A stretch of 64,000 bases of DNA from Eremomyces bilateralis CBS 781.70 (taxonomy: Eukaryota), in the NCBI GenBank assembly GCA_010015585.1, contig ML975153.1; one strand, given 5' to 3'. Position 1 is the stretch's first letter; each line of letters starts with the position of its first letter. Under the pieces are notes generated by a model that saw only the letters and a list, made by a program, of their open reading frames with translations, was not told where the DNA came from and made no database searches. This document shows positions 34,003 through 44,375 of the stretch, piece after piece. Both the position numbers and the translations under genes were made by a program.

Positions 34003-36334
34003 ATGCCTCCTAGCTCGCAGCTCTCTATAGAGCATGCGATCGAGCTGAACAGCCGTTTAAATGCCGCGACACAACGAGCCCTTGCAACGCCAGATGGCAG
34101 AGTAACGAGTACGAGGAGAATATATGAGCCACGACAGCAAGAGTTTATTGTGAGAAGCGCTTTCGTACGGGAAATCCAACGAAGGAGGAGGCTAATTCGG
34201 TTAGGCGTGGTGCCAGAAGAACCAGTGCAGCGACGGTATACTCGTTACCAGTGCCAAGATTACCCTCTTTCTAGAAGAAGAGGTTATCGGTCGCATCGCA
34301 AAGCCGACCCGGCCAGGCCGGAGGCTGAAGCAGCCTTGTACGGACACGGATGGCAATCCGATCGTGCAAACGCTCGGAGCTCGATCGATTGAAACGTACG
34401 TTTCTGCGATTATGGAGCTGTGGAAAGTGCAGCACAGCCTTGCTCAGAACCAAAATGTCCCCGTCCGGTCGTACGCGTTGAAGCAGCTGCTGCAAAAGCG
34501 TAAGATGGCCGAGGCGGCCCGCAAGCGAGAAGAGTACGTTGATCGCGGTGCTGGCACACTGCTCGACGGCTATTCGGAAGAAGAGTTCGTACGATGTATA
34601 CGAGGCTGCTGGCAGCCCGAGGCGTCTGAAACGTCCGTCCTGGCAGGCCAGAAAAGAAAGCGAGAGAGACCGACATCGCAGGCCTACAGCGGATGGCTTC
34701 GTACGGCAGTCGATCTCCTCTTCTCGCATAACATGTTTCTGCGTGGGGAGACTGTACGAAACGGAGAACTGCCTGATCTCTTCGCCGTCCCGCTGCAGAA
34801 TGAAGGAGCAACAGATTGCCGTGTTCTCTGTATGATTGTAGACAACGGGAAGACAAACGCCTTTGGAAAGCTAGAGTACGGTGTTACCGTACGACACAAG
34901 GAGCATTGGAAATGTCTAGTCTCTCAGTTGGCGTTCTACCTCTTCTTCCGCTGGGACCTTGAGAGAGAACCGCCGCCGACCTTCAAGCAGCGCTCGGATT
35001 GGTATCGTACGAAGATTTTGAAAGGTGGCCAGAATACCCATCCTCTCTCGTACGCTACTCAGCTGCAGTGGGTCAATGGGATCTTTGACCGCTGTGAGGT
35101 CTCGTCATACAAGAAGACGCATGCCGGACGAAAGCAAGGTGCTCAGCATGCGGAGATGCTTGGTGTCAGCGAATCTCAGATTCAGAGAGCGGGACGATGG
35201 AATTCGGATTCCATGTCGAATGCATACCTCAGCCATATTCCCCGAAAGTTCGTACGAGCAGCCGCTGGCTTCCCTCCCAGCGGCCGAGGAGACTACTTCA
35301 TTCCGCGAGCACAGATCCTGCCTCCTGAGACGCTCGTACGGAAGATCTGGCCATGGGTGGACGAGTGGATCGAACGGTTCCAACAGAATGAGAACACGGT
35401 GCGTGATGATCACCAGTTAGACGAACAGGATGAGGGAGATCGGAATGACCTTGCTGGAAAGGCCTTCCTCCGGCTACTTGATTATCTTCGTACGGTGCTT
35501 CTTCAGGACTCCGTCCTAATCCGCGATGAGTTTCCACGCCACCCTCTCTTCCAGCATCCGATCTTCTCTGATCCGGAGTACCTTGACTTTATGCGGAGGA
35601 TGAGGCAAACTCTTGCTGCTGAAGTGGTTCCACCGCAAGATGTACTCGTACGACAAGCTGTTCCGATAATTGCAGATCGATTGAGTGTGATGGAGACCAA
35701 TCTTGGACAGAGATTACAAGAGATGTTCGACTCTCTTCGTACGGAGCAAGGCCGTCAGCGTACGGTTCTAGATGGTGTATTCAGTGGCAGAACACCTATT
35801 TACCTTAATGTGGGACACTCATCCTTACTCCAGGATCCATTTCCAGCGGTTCGGACGGCCGCTCCCGGCACGAGAATACCTTCAACGCCGGTAATAGAAA
35901 CTCCGGTTTCTATCGCACGCTCCACTCCGACTACCTCTTCGGCTCCGCCGCTATTGGCTATTAGCCCTTCTACCGTACGACCGCTACCTGATCGACCGAT
36001 AAAAGAGAATGGAGAGCCAATCTATACTATGTCTCGTACGGTAGAAACTGTTGGTCAACTCTGGCGAGAGTGGTTTGAAGGATTTGCACCTAATCCTTCC
36101 GTACAAGCGTTAGAGTTAAGGTATGGCGCCTTATGGCGACAGAAAGATTCAGAGAAGACGTGGTATAGTCGTAGAAAAGCTATTATTGATTATATCCGTG
36201 TAGTATCTGAGGCGAAGAGAATACCAGCTCTGCTTGCGGTAACACGGTTGGAAGAGGTACGTACGAGATCAAAGTGGAGTCTACATCATCTCTACAAGGA
36301 GATTGCTCAAAAAAAGAGTAATCTACTTGGATAA
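34003..36334 (+). CDS. Crypton tyrosine recombinase (Ndc10 domain-2-like YR plus C-terminal GCR1_C DNA-binding domain), 758 aa
   Basis: join(34003..34149,34205..36334); the intron GTGAGA...GCTAAT...TAG joins the frames. Catalytic set R (LRGE), K (GKTN), HxxR (THAGRK), W (GRW) and Y (NAYL) is intact. GCR1_C signature MSRTVETVGQLWREWFEG...PSVQALELRYGALWR...YSRRKAII. Confidence 0.9.
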
Positions 36335-36403
36335 GCTCTAAGATTGATAGAGGAGGTGCTTGTACGATAATAAATTAATTTGGAATCAAGCAGGAGGAAG
36401 TAA

Positions 36404-36597
36404 AATGAGGAGGATCAAGAGGATCAAGAAGAGAAGGAAGGGGAGGAGGAGGAGGAAGAGGAGGAGGAGAAGGAAGAGGAGAAGGAGAAGGAAGAGGAGA
36501 AGGAGAAGGAAGAGGAGAAGGAGAAGAAGGAGGAGGAGGAGGAGGAGGAGGAGGAGAAGGAGGAGGAGAAGAAGAAGAAGAAGAAGGAGAAAGACGA
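36404..36597 (+). repeat. Polypurine (GAG/GAA/AAG)n tract between the two convergent element genes
   Basis: About 190 bp almost entirely A/G, with 15-bp AGGAAGAGGAGAAGG-type periodicity. Confidence 0.9.
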
Positions 36598-36905
36598 GAA
36601 GCCTCGTACGAAGCGCAAAGTTAGAAAGATTCAACTTTCAGGCCCTGTAGAGCGAGCGAAAAGGCGTCGGAATTAAACAAAGGAGTTTTTAGACGTATCA
36701 TTATATTCCAATTATAGCGGATATCGTACGAAACTTTCATTAATTAGCATATACCTATAAAAGATCTGTTTAGTTTCACCGTACGGTTACTTGTCTTGAA
36801 CTCCACGTAGAGGAACAGATTCTGTCTAAGTACTATCAACAGCCCTGATAGCTAGGATGCTGCCAGTGCTAACATAGAAAGAGACCTTACGAAATTGAAC
36901 TTACA

Positions 36906-36947
36906 TTAATCACCTAGAAGGGTTTCACTTGAATCCGACCGTACGGA

Positions 36948-36978
<31 letters not shown>

Positions 36979-37463
36979 GCATCCTCGTCGTTATTCTCCT
37001 CTTCAGACGATTCTTCGTCCGAAGAATTATCCCAAGAGCAGCGCGTACCGTGGTCACGCCACTTACAATTACCGCAGCAATCACTAAAGTGAGCGATCGC
37101 ACGGCGGCACTCGGGGAAGGGCGTCAGGCCGCGTCGTACGCATTCAGTGCAAGCTGTCGGCGCCGCTGTCCCCCGGGATTGGATAAGGATGGCGTTGATG
37201 TATGACGGGCGGTGGCTTAAGATCTGCCCAGCCGATATCCGGTTGCGTACGAACCGGACGTGGACGCCGGGACCGGTAGCAAGAAGCTCCCGAGGCTAGG
37301 GGGAGTGGCAGAGAGCTACAAAGATGGGGTTACCCCTAACCTGCAGCGTACCAATTCCCGGAGTAGGAGGACCTACCGCCGCACCGTAGGTACTATTAAA
37401 CAAAACAAGAGCCCTAGGAAGATTAATACCCGTACGGAGTGGAAATAGATCAAATGCTTACAT
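36906..37463 (-). CDS. DUF3716-like Cys-rich protein with an acidic tail (169 codons, one in-frame TAG)
   Basis: The ATG is split by a 48-nt intron (AT|GTAAGC...TAG|G, 37414-37461). Translation: MALVLFNSTYG...CHSP*PRELL...RPSYINAILIQSRGTAAPTACTECVRRGLTPFPECRRAIAHFSDCCGNCKWRDHGTRCSWD, then poly-Asp/Glu. The TAG is at 37296-37298. Not in the ORF track. Confidence 0.75.
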
Positions 37464-38206
37464 CTTCGAACGTTGGAGAGCACTGAAGGAAGAAAGAGAG
37501 AGAGAAAGAAAGGAGGAATCGAGTAGGATAGAAGCATAGACTTATAACGACACCTTCCTTAGTCAAATGAATCACTCCTTCCTTACGAATTCCTATTTTA
37601 GAAAGGGAAATTTCCACCTACGTACGAATTTCTATCTCAGAAGGCCCATCCTATTGTACTGTACCTTGGGTAGTCGGGATTTCAATATGACAAGGTTGAC
37701 TTTAGTTACTTGATACTTATAAGTCGATATGACTAACAGCTTACCGTACCTACTGTTGTTGTTATTGCTGTTGTTGTTGGTTAGTATAGGCAATGAGAGT
37801 ACCATTTCCGCGATGGTTGTTATGTGTGAAGAACTAGGGTCTTGGCATTTTTGCCTAATAACCCAGGCCATGACGCGCCAAAATTCCCCTTATGATATGT
37901 CCCAGTTAATGGATGCACACGCTCTGTGATACTTCGCATTGCGTTGTAATTCGGTTTTATTATCGTACGGTAAGCACCAGACTTTGTCTCAAATAGATCG
38001 AGGTAGAAGATGTGGCTAAACGGTGTGTATGAGGGAGCAATTATTATATCAGATGGCTAAATCAGCTACCACGAACAATGGAGGTCAAGCAACGCAAACA
38101 TAAACGCCACATCGCTTGACATGGAACCTGTCTCAACGAGCCCCATTCCAACCCAATTCAAACATCCACCGGGTATAATCATAATCAGTTATGTCTAAAA
38201 CGGGTA

Positions 38207-41167
38207 TCATCTAGTCCTCGAAGGGGCGGAAAACGGCTGATTCACCCTCGACGACCAGCCTTGCACCGGTCTCCGCGTGCCCAACGTCCGCCTCTGCCCG
38301 TAACTCCCCATTCCATTGACCTGATCCATCGTGGTGGTGTGGAATGTCGCCGGTAAGATGTTGGTTTCTTCCGCTGTCTCGTCTTCATTCACGATGTCCT
38401 CCTCAGCCCGCTCGCATTTGGTGGGCGAGCTGCTCAGGAGAACATGGCCCTTTTCTCTCCCGGTGTCGTCATGCTCGATAGTCGTCGGACGGCCTGGTAT
38501 GCGAGATCGTTGGATCTTCCAATTTGGAGGTGCGGTAATACCAAGGTTGACCCTTTTCCTCGGTGGACTCTCGTTCATTTGGACTTGGGGTGGAGGAAAC
38601 CGTCCGCGCTCCTCCTTATATGAAGTCTGCGTCTGCACTGTCAACTCTCCCTTTCCCTCTTCTTCCTTCGCGGACTTTGCGCTGAAGAAGGCTTTGAGGG
38701 TGCCCTGAGTTTTTCCTTTGGCGAACGGTGCGGTTCGTTTCTGTGCGTTGGTATTGGTTTCCTGGTCCATCTTCGACCCGGATACTTTCGAAGCCGCCAC
38801 CACGCTTTCTTCTAGTTGCTTCATCTTTGTACCTGCGGAGATAAAGCTGAGCGGTAAAGTAGTTGAGGACATGGAGAATGCACCAGTATTGGTAGCGGTG
38901 ACGTCCACCACCACTCCGCTTGCGGGCTGGCTCTCTTCCATTCGTGACCGTTTGAACTGTCTTGCTCCTGGTAGGTTCGAGGCAACTTCCCACGACATCG
39001 CTTGGTAGCCGAGCCGGGATCCATCTAGAGGGTACAGGTCGTCCTCGATACGTTCAAGCGCTAAAGCACCGTCGATAACCGTTCGGTCTGAGGGACAGTC
39101 TCGTCGCAAGATCCGCGCAAGATCTTCGATGATGGCCATGGAAATGGACGGACCTTGCTGAAGACAATAGGGCTCCAGTTCTGGGACGGCGAGAAATGGG
39201 GAAACCGCATGCTCCGAATCGCTTTCCCTCGAGCTGTTCAGCGGACAGCTGAGATATAGCAGCGACTGGGCTCTTGTCATCCCGACATAAAGCAACCGCC
39301 GCTCCTCATCGGTGTCGTCCGCACGAGAATGGGGGATGGACCCGTCATAGACCCCGGCGATGAACACCACTGGCCATTCCAAGCCCTTGGCTCCATGCAG
39401 TGTTGAAATTGTGACTTGCTTCGTCGCCTCCCCATCCGCGTCTTTCAACTCAGCGTTGGAAGATAAGGCGACGTTCGACAAAAATTGGGCCAATGTCTCT
39501 TCGAGTGGAGAGGGGCCCGTTTCCATCTGTTCCAGAAGATCCTCATCAGGGAACTCGAGGCCTAATGCGTCAATCGCCGATATTTCTGTCGCTTGGGCAA
39601 GAAGTTCTTCAACGTTCGCCCATCTCGCCTCGAAATCCTCCCCCTCATCCTTTCCGGCTCCTCGCTTCTGTAGGAAACTTCGGAACTCGATCTTGTCAAT
39701 AATAGTCCCAATTAGGTTGACAAGTGAGAAGATTTCATCGCTTTCCCGTTTGATCTTACTCTGGCAAGTCAAGATGATGTTCACGAAGGATTGCATCCCT
39801 TTCAGAGCGGATGCGGATACCTTCGTTCGAACATTTCCTCTGCACTGTGCAATGGCAAAAACAAGGCTCCACAATGACACTTTCTTGTTTTCCGCCTCTT
39901 CCAACAACTCTCTAAGCGTTGCTTCGCCTATCTTTCTCGGCGGTTCGTTGATAACCCGGGCAAGCGCGTCGTTGTGATTTGGCTGGTTGATGACTCGTAA
40001 ATAATCCAGCAATACCCGGACCTCTTTACGGTCGAAAAAACGAAATCCTCCCACCATTCGGTATGGAATGCCCGCTTTCCCCAGTGCCGTCTCAATCTTC
40101 AATGAGAGGGCCGATGATCTGAGGAGGATGGCAAAGTCATCATGATGGAAAAGTGATCCTGCCAGCGTTTTGATCCGTTTAATTTCCGTTACGATCCACG
40201 CAGCTTCATCTGTCGCTGATGGGAGTTTTCGAAGAACAGGCCGCTGTCCAAGACAATGGGTCGCTGTAAGCGGCTTTTTGATCCGGTTTGCATCCTGCTG
40301 GATCACCTTGCTGGCACAACGGAGGATGGCCGCAGACGACCGATAATTCTGCTCCAGATGGATCGACAACGTATCTTTAAGGTCTTTCGTCATTCGGTTC
40401 AAGTTCTCAATCTCAGCGGAGCGGAAGCTGTATATGCTTTGATCCGGGTCGCCGACAATGGTAATTCGCTGTCGATGTTGGGCAAAGAGCATCATGAGCT
40501 CGTATTGGACAATGTTGGTGTCTTGGAACTCATCGATCAAGACCGCTTCGACGTTGGCTACGCACTCGGGGTGGTTGTGCAGCAGCTCCACGCATCGGAG
40601 GAGGATGTCATCGTAGTCAAGCAGGTTGGATGATGCCAAAGTGGCTTCATACTCCTCATAAATTCTCGCAAAATCCTGCTCTTCAATTTTTTTCGATCCA
40701 TGGAACTCTGCCGGACGCTTCTTCTTTGCCTTCGCTCTCGATATCCGGGAGGCGATCTTGCCTGCTTCCAAGGGGGATCGCAAACGCTTGTGGATACGTT
40801 TAACGATGGCTTTTGTGTCGGAAGAATCTGCAATGCCGAATCCCTTCTTGATCCCTATCAAATGCCCATAGGAAACCAGAAACCGCCTGCCAATAGAATG
40901 GAATGTTCCCAGCTGAAGTTTCTTCTCCAGCTCTTCACCAACGATACCCCGAATCCGCTCCTTCATCTCCCGGGCCGCTTTGACAGTAAACGTGCAAACA
41001 ATGATATTCCACGGCTTGTATCCTTGCTTGGAGATCAGGTATGCGACTCGAGCAGTTAGTGTTTTCGTCTTGCCGGAACCGGGAGGTGCCAGGACCTGGA
41101 GGGTGGGATGTGGGCTCGTGACGGCACATTTTTGCTGGTCATTGAGGTTTTGGAGTAGATCGTCCAT
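38207..41167 (-). CDS. srs2: UvrD/Rep-family DNA helicase, Srs2-like
   Basis: APPGSGKTKTL, VLIDEFQDTN, VGDPDQSIYSFR, LEQNYRS, STLHGAKGLEWP and EERRLLYVGMTRA, followed by a long disordered C-terminus. Confidence 0.9.
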   Translation of the reverse strand: MDDLLQNLNDQQKCAVTSPHPTLQVLAPPGSGKTKTLTARVAYLISKQGYKPWNIIVCTFTVKAAREMKERIRGIVGEELEKKLQLGTFHSIGRRFLVSYGHLIGIKKGFGIADSSDTKAIVKRIHKRLRSPLEAGKIASRISRAKAKKKRPAEFHGSKKIEEQDFARIYEEYEATLASSNLLDYDDILLRCVELLHNHPECVANVEAVLIDEFQDTNIVQYELMMLFAQHRQRITIVGDPDQSIYSFRSAEIENLNRMTKDLKDTLSIHLEQNYRSSAAILRCASKVIQQDANRIKKPLTATHCLGQRPVLRKLPSATDEAAWIVTEIKRIKTLAGSLFHHDDFAILLRSSALSLKIETALGKAGIPYRMVGGFRFFDRKEVRVLLDYLRVINQPNHNDALARVINEPPRKIGEATLRELLEEAENKKVSLWSLVFAIAQCRGNVRTKVSASALKGMQSFVNIILTCQSKIKRESDEIFSLVNLIGTIIDKIEFRSFLQKRGAGKDEGEDFEARWANVEELLAQATEISAIDALGLEFPDEDLLEQMETGPSPLEETLAQFLSNVALSSNAELKDADGEATKQVTISTLHGAKGLEWPVVFIAGVYDGSIPHSRADDTDEERRLLYVGMTRAQSLLYLSCPLNSSRESDSEHAVSPFLAVPELEPYCLQQGPSISMAIIEDLARILRRDCPSDRTVIDGALALERIEDDLYPLDGSRLGYQAMSWEVASNLPGARQFKRSRMEESQPASGVVVDVTATNTGAFSMSSTTLPLSFISAGTKMKQLEESVVAASKVSGSKMDQETNTNAQKRTAPFAKGKTQGTLKAFFSAKSAKEEEGKGELTVQTQTSYKEERGRFPPPQVQMNESPPRKRVNLGITAPPNWKIQRSRIPGRPTTIEHDDTGREKGHVLLSSSPTKCERAEEDIVNEDETAEETNILPATFHTTTMDQVNGMGSYGQRRTLGTRRPVQGWSSRVNQPFSAPSRTR

Positions 41168-41258
41168 TAGGCACCGAACCCAACATTGGCAATTGAAGGA
41201 AGCATCGATGAGAAACGGGTGATGTTCGATGATACGGCGTAACGCAACAGAGGAGGAG

Positions 41259-41312
41259 ACGCGTCAAAAGCTGATATGACCAATTGACGTGTCCAAACGC
41301 GCTACCGACGCG
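41259..41312. promoter_or_regulatory. MCB-like elements upstream of the Srs2-like gene
   Basis: ACGCGT at 41259-41264 plus ACGCG cores near 41297 and 41308, all within 150 bp of the ATG. Confidence 0.5.
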
Positions 41313-41685
41313 ATATCACGTGATAATTCTCGAGATTCTATTTAAGGAGGACAACACGGCCTTTACGAGGTTTTGAATATCTTGATGCGATATAAATCCA
41401 ATTAAAAAGTCATAGACAATCAACTTGAGTGTAGAAGAGCAAATCCGGATAAGGATGATGGTTGATATGTTGCCACATCTCATACTTCACAGGCCGTGAT
41501 TGGCCCCAGTTGCCTGTCGTGATGGGAACTTGTCGATCTTTCATCGGCTTTCTCTAAGTGCTCTCCTGAATACTCCTACTATTACAGTAACCTCCCAATT
41601 CGCCTCCATTTAAACTACAGTCGTTCAAGCGACCTGTACAAGCAAATTGATTCAACCTTAGCCACTCTCTAAACCAATTCCCACC

Positions 41686-42240
41686 ATGCATTTCTCCACC
41701 ACCCTTGCCCTGACCTGCCTGGCCTCCGTCGCCATGGCCCTGGACAAGCCGCTCGACATCAAGATCACCAACGCCGGCGAATGCACCCGCAAGACCGTCG
41801 CCGGCGATAAGATCCAGGTCCACTATCGCGGAAGCCTCGAGGACGGCACCGAGTTCGACGCGAGCTACAATCGCGGGCAACCGCTGGGCTTCGCCGTCGG
41901 GACAGGCCAGGTCATCAAGGGGTGGGACCAAGGATTGTTCGATATGTGCCCCGGCGACAAGCGGACGCTGACGGTCCAGCCGGAATGGGCTTATGGCGAC
42001 AGAGATTTGGTATGATTGCTTGTGGTTTTGATTTTCTGGGCATTTTATATTGATATCACTGTTATAGGGTGTCATTCCTCCGAATAGCGTTTTGAGTAAG
42101 TGACCTGTGCAGCTGTTTTCAAGAAGCGGCGGATGATTAACGGTTGGATAGTCTTCGAAACGGAATTGGTCGAAATTGAGGGCGTCGAGAAGGAGACGGT
42201 TGAGAAGGTCGAGGAGAAGGAGGAGAAGGAAGAGTTGTAA
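41686..42240 (+). CDS. ER-resident FKBP-type peptidyl-prolyl isomerase (FKBP13/Fpr2-like)
   Basis: Signal peptide; GDKIQVHYRGSLEDGTEFDASY and GQVIKGWDQGL. Two introns. Ends in KEEL*. Confidence 0.92.
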
Positions 42241-42527
42241 TTGAACAGCCCTCGGATCTATTGAAAGTACCTGTACAGCGAGCAACATGAATCGTCACTG
42301 TGCTGCTCCTTTATAGCAGAACATTCGAGCTTCCGGCCCACATACACAAGCACATTCCTCGGGACCCGCTGCTCTCTACACCAACTTTTGAAGTCAGATG
42401 CGAACCATTGCCGTGATCGGACTTTATTAAAACAGTACGAGATCCAATTCAATTCCCCAGCATGTCCAAGACGCCGACCCTTCCACGGACACCTCCCGCG
42501 AACCAGACTTTACGAGCAGGCACTCGA

Positions 42528-43103
42528 CTAATCTTGATTCTGCGCATACTTCTCCAAGTTCCCCACCGCGTTGTCCAATTCACGTATCCGCTGGCCTATC
42601 CGCCGTTTGATCTCCTCACCTAGTTCCGTATCCGGCCCTTCCACCACGGCCTTGTATGCTTCCGCTAGCTTATTTAATGCGTCTCTGGCGGCTTCTCGGT
42701 CCCCTGGGGCGTAGGTGGTGTTCTTCTCGGTTTCTTCCGCGGCGATTTCGAACTGGGGTCGTTAGTTGTAGGCTTTATACCGGTGGATTTGGAACACACC
42801 TCGTCTCTTGCCTCACCGTACCTGTACTCTGGTTAGCAACCTGGTAACCCTTCCAGCTGAGGTATTGGCGGGTTGATACATGTCTTGCAATTCTTCCATC
42901 GTCGCATCCGCTTCGGTCTTAGAAGCGAAAGTCCGTCTACCGTAATTTAGACCGTAACTTGGTAAACATGACGCATTTCTGAAGGCGTCAATGGCGGGCC
43001 TTGATGTGAAGCATCGAGGGCGGCATGCAGCGTATGTGGATACGGACAAGACACTGCTCCGGTTCAATGAAGAACGGGATAATCGCAATAATCTTTGGGC
43101 CAT
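42528..43103 (-). CDS. Conserved hypothetical protein, probably mitochondrial
   Basis: Arg/Ser-rich presequence. The spliced product reads ...TMEELQDM|YGEARDE|FEIAAEETEKNTTYA...EEIKRRIGQRIRELDNAV...QNQD*. Confidence 0.7.
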
Positions 43104-43385
43104 GGTAACCTGAGTAGTGCAATCGAAGAATTACAGGAAAGCCAATAGAATTGAGGATCAGGACGATGAAGGTACAAATGATGTTTACAGAATAATACTC
43201 GACATCAAGAGACAAGAAGTGATGCAATCGGTGTAGGTCAATTGCAGGGATGAATCTTAGTGGAGGTGGCGGACCCTTCATCGCGATTCAATACTTCAAC
43301 TTTCACCAACTTACTCTCCATCTTCGCTGCCAGTAGAGACCATAGCGTGCTTATCTCCTCATCCTCCCATGGTTACGGAGGAACT

Positions 43386-44375
43386 ATGATCGTAGGGATA
43401 TGCATTATCCTCCTATCTGTGTCTTTCTTCGTCTACCAGCGGGACCCTGCGAGATGGAATCGATATCTCCATCCCGCCCCAGCCACCGATGCGTCACCCT
43501 CAAGCAAGTCACCATCGCCGGGTCCTGCAGATGACAATAAAGAGGAGTTGGATGGCAGAATATCAAGCGTGGGAATTGTTATAGAGGAGAGGACGCCAGA
43601 TGTCGAAGCCAGCGAAAGTCGCGACTCAACTCCCAAAGCGAACGCCACCACGAACGGCATCCCTCCGATTCCATCTTTCTCTTTAGAGTCCGATACAGCC
43701 AGCGATGACGATTACGATGACACGGATACCATGGCCCCTCCAGTCTTCCCCGCTCCCAACTCTGCACAGCGCGCATCCGCCGGCCCCATCCCCGCCAGGT
43801 TCCGCCTCCCCAGTTCCGCGCCGCGTGCGCCGACTACGTCCCCTCAACTCATGGCGCCTCCACCCGTCCCCATGCGGCGACCACCGGTTCCAGGCACCGC
43901 TGCCTCCCTGCGCGTACCGAACGGACCAATCCCGAACCGCGCAGCCCCGACACAGAGCAGCCTTGGGGTCCCTCTGTCCACCGCCGTCCGGGCGCCGAAC
44001 CCACGGAAGAAAGTGACGTTGGAGCCCGGACACTCGCCTCTCGACTGGGCGGCGCTCAAGCGGTCCAGCGCGAACCTATCCGGGGTTTCGTCGCTTCAGA
44101 GAGTCACGCCGTCGCAGCTGAAGCAGCACAATGGGCGGAAGGGGAAGCCGGCGTGGTCGGCGTATCAGGGGAAGGTGTATAACGTTACGCCGTATGTTCC
44201 GTTCCATCCTGGGGGAGAAGGAGAGATTAGGAGGGCGGCGGGGAAGGATGGGGAGAAGTTGTTCAATGAAGTGCATCCGTGGGTGAATTGGGATAATATG
44301 CTTGAGTCCTGCATCGTAGGCATCATGGTTGGAGAAGCGGAAACCTTGAAATCGCCGTTGGATGAGGTTGATTGA
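43386..44375 (+). CDS. Cytochrome b5-like heme-binding domain protein (Irc21-like)
   Basis: N-terminal transmembrane segment, Pro-rich linker, RKKVTLEPGHSPLDW, KVYNVTPYVPFHPGG and FNEVHPWVN. Confidence 0.88.
   Translation: MIVGICIILLSVSFFVYQRDPARWNRYLHPAPATDASPSSKSPSPGPADDNKEELDGRISSVGIVIEERTPDVEASESRDSTPKANATTNGIPPIPSFSLESDTASDDDYDDTDTMAPPVFPAPNSAQRASAGPIPARFRLPSSAPRAPTTSPQLMAPPPVPMRRPPVPGTAASLRVPNGPIPNRAAPTQSSLGVPLSTAVRAPNPRKKVTLEPGHSPLDWAALKRSSANLSGVSSLQRVTPSQLKQHNGRKGKPAWSAYQGKVYNVTPYVPFHPGGEGEIRRAAGKDGEKLFNEVHPWVNWDNMLESCIVGIMVGEAETLKSPLDEVD

Larger units (their letters stand above)
33658..37908 (+). mobile_element. CryptonF-like tyrosine-recombinase DNA transposon, apparently full length (~4.25 kb)
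   Basis: Terminal direct repeat CCAGTTA (33658-33664, 37902-37908), each preceded by GATATGT. Shared subterminal motifs GGGTTAT/ATAACCC and ATG(G/A)CGCGCCAA. No long TIRs. Contains a YR-GCR1_C gene and a DUF3716-like gene. Confidence 0.8.

Noticed and set aside
34003..36334. Calling the YR gene a Starship captain or the kinetochore gene NDC10
   Set aside because: The GCR1_C C-terminus, ~4-kb size and short terminal direct repeats fit CryptonF. There is no large cargo, and Ndc10 proper is a budding-yeast domesticate.
36360..36650. Poly-Arg, poly-Leu and poly-Ser/Phe ORFs
   Set aside because: These are translation artefacts of the purine microsatellite.
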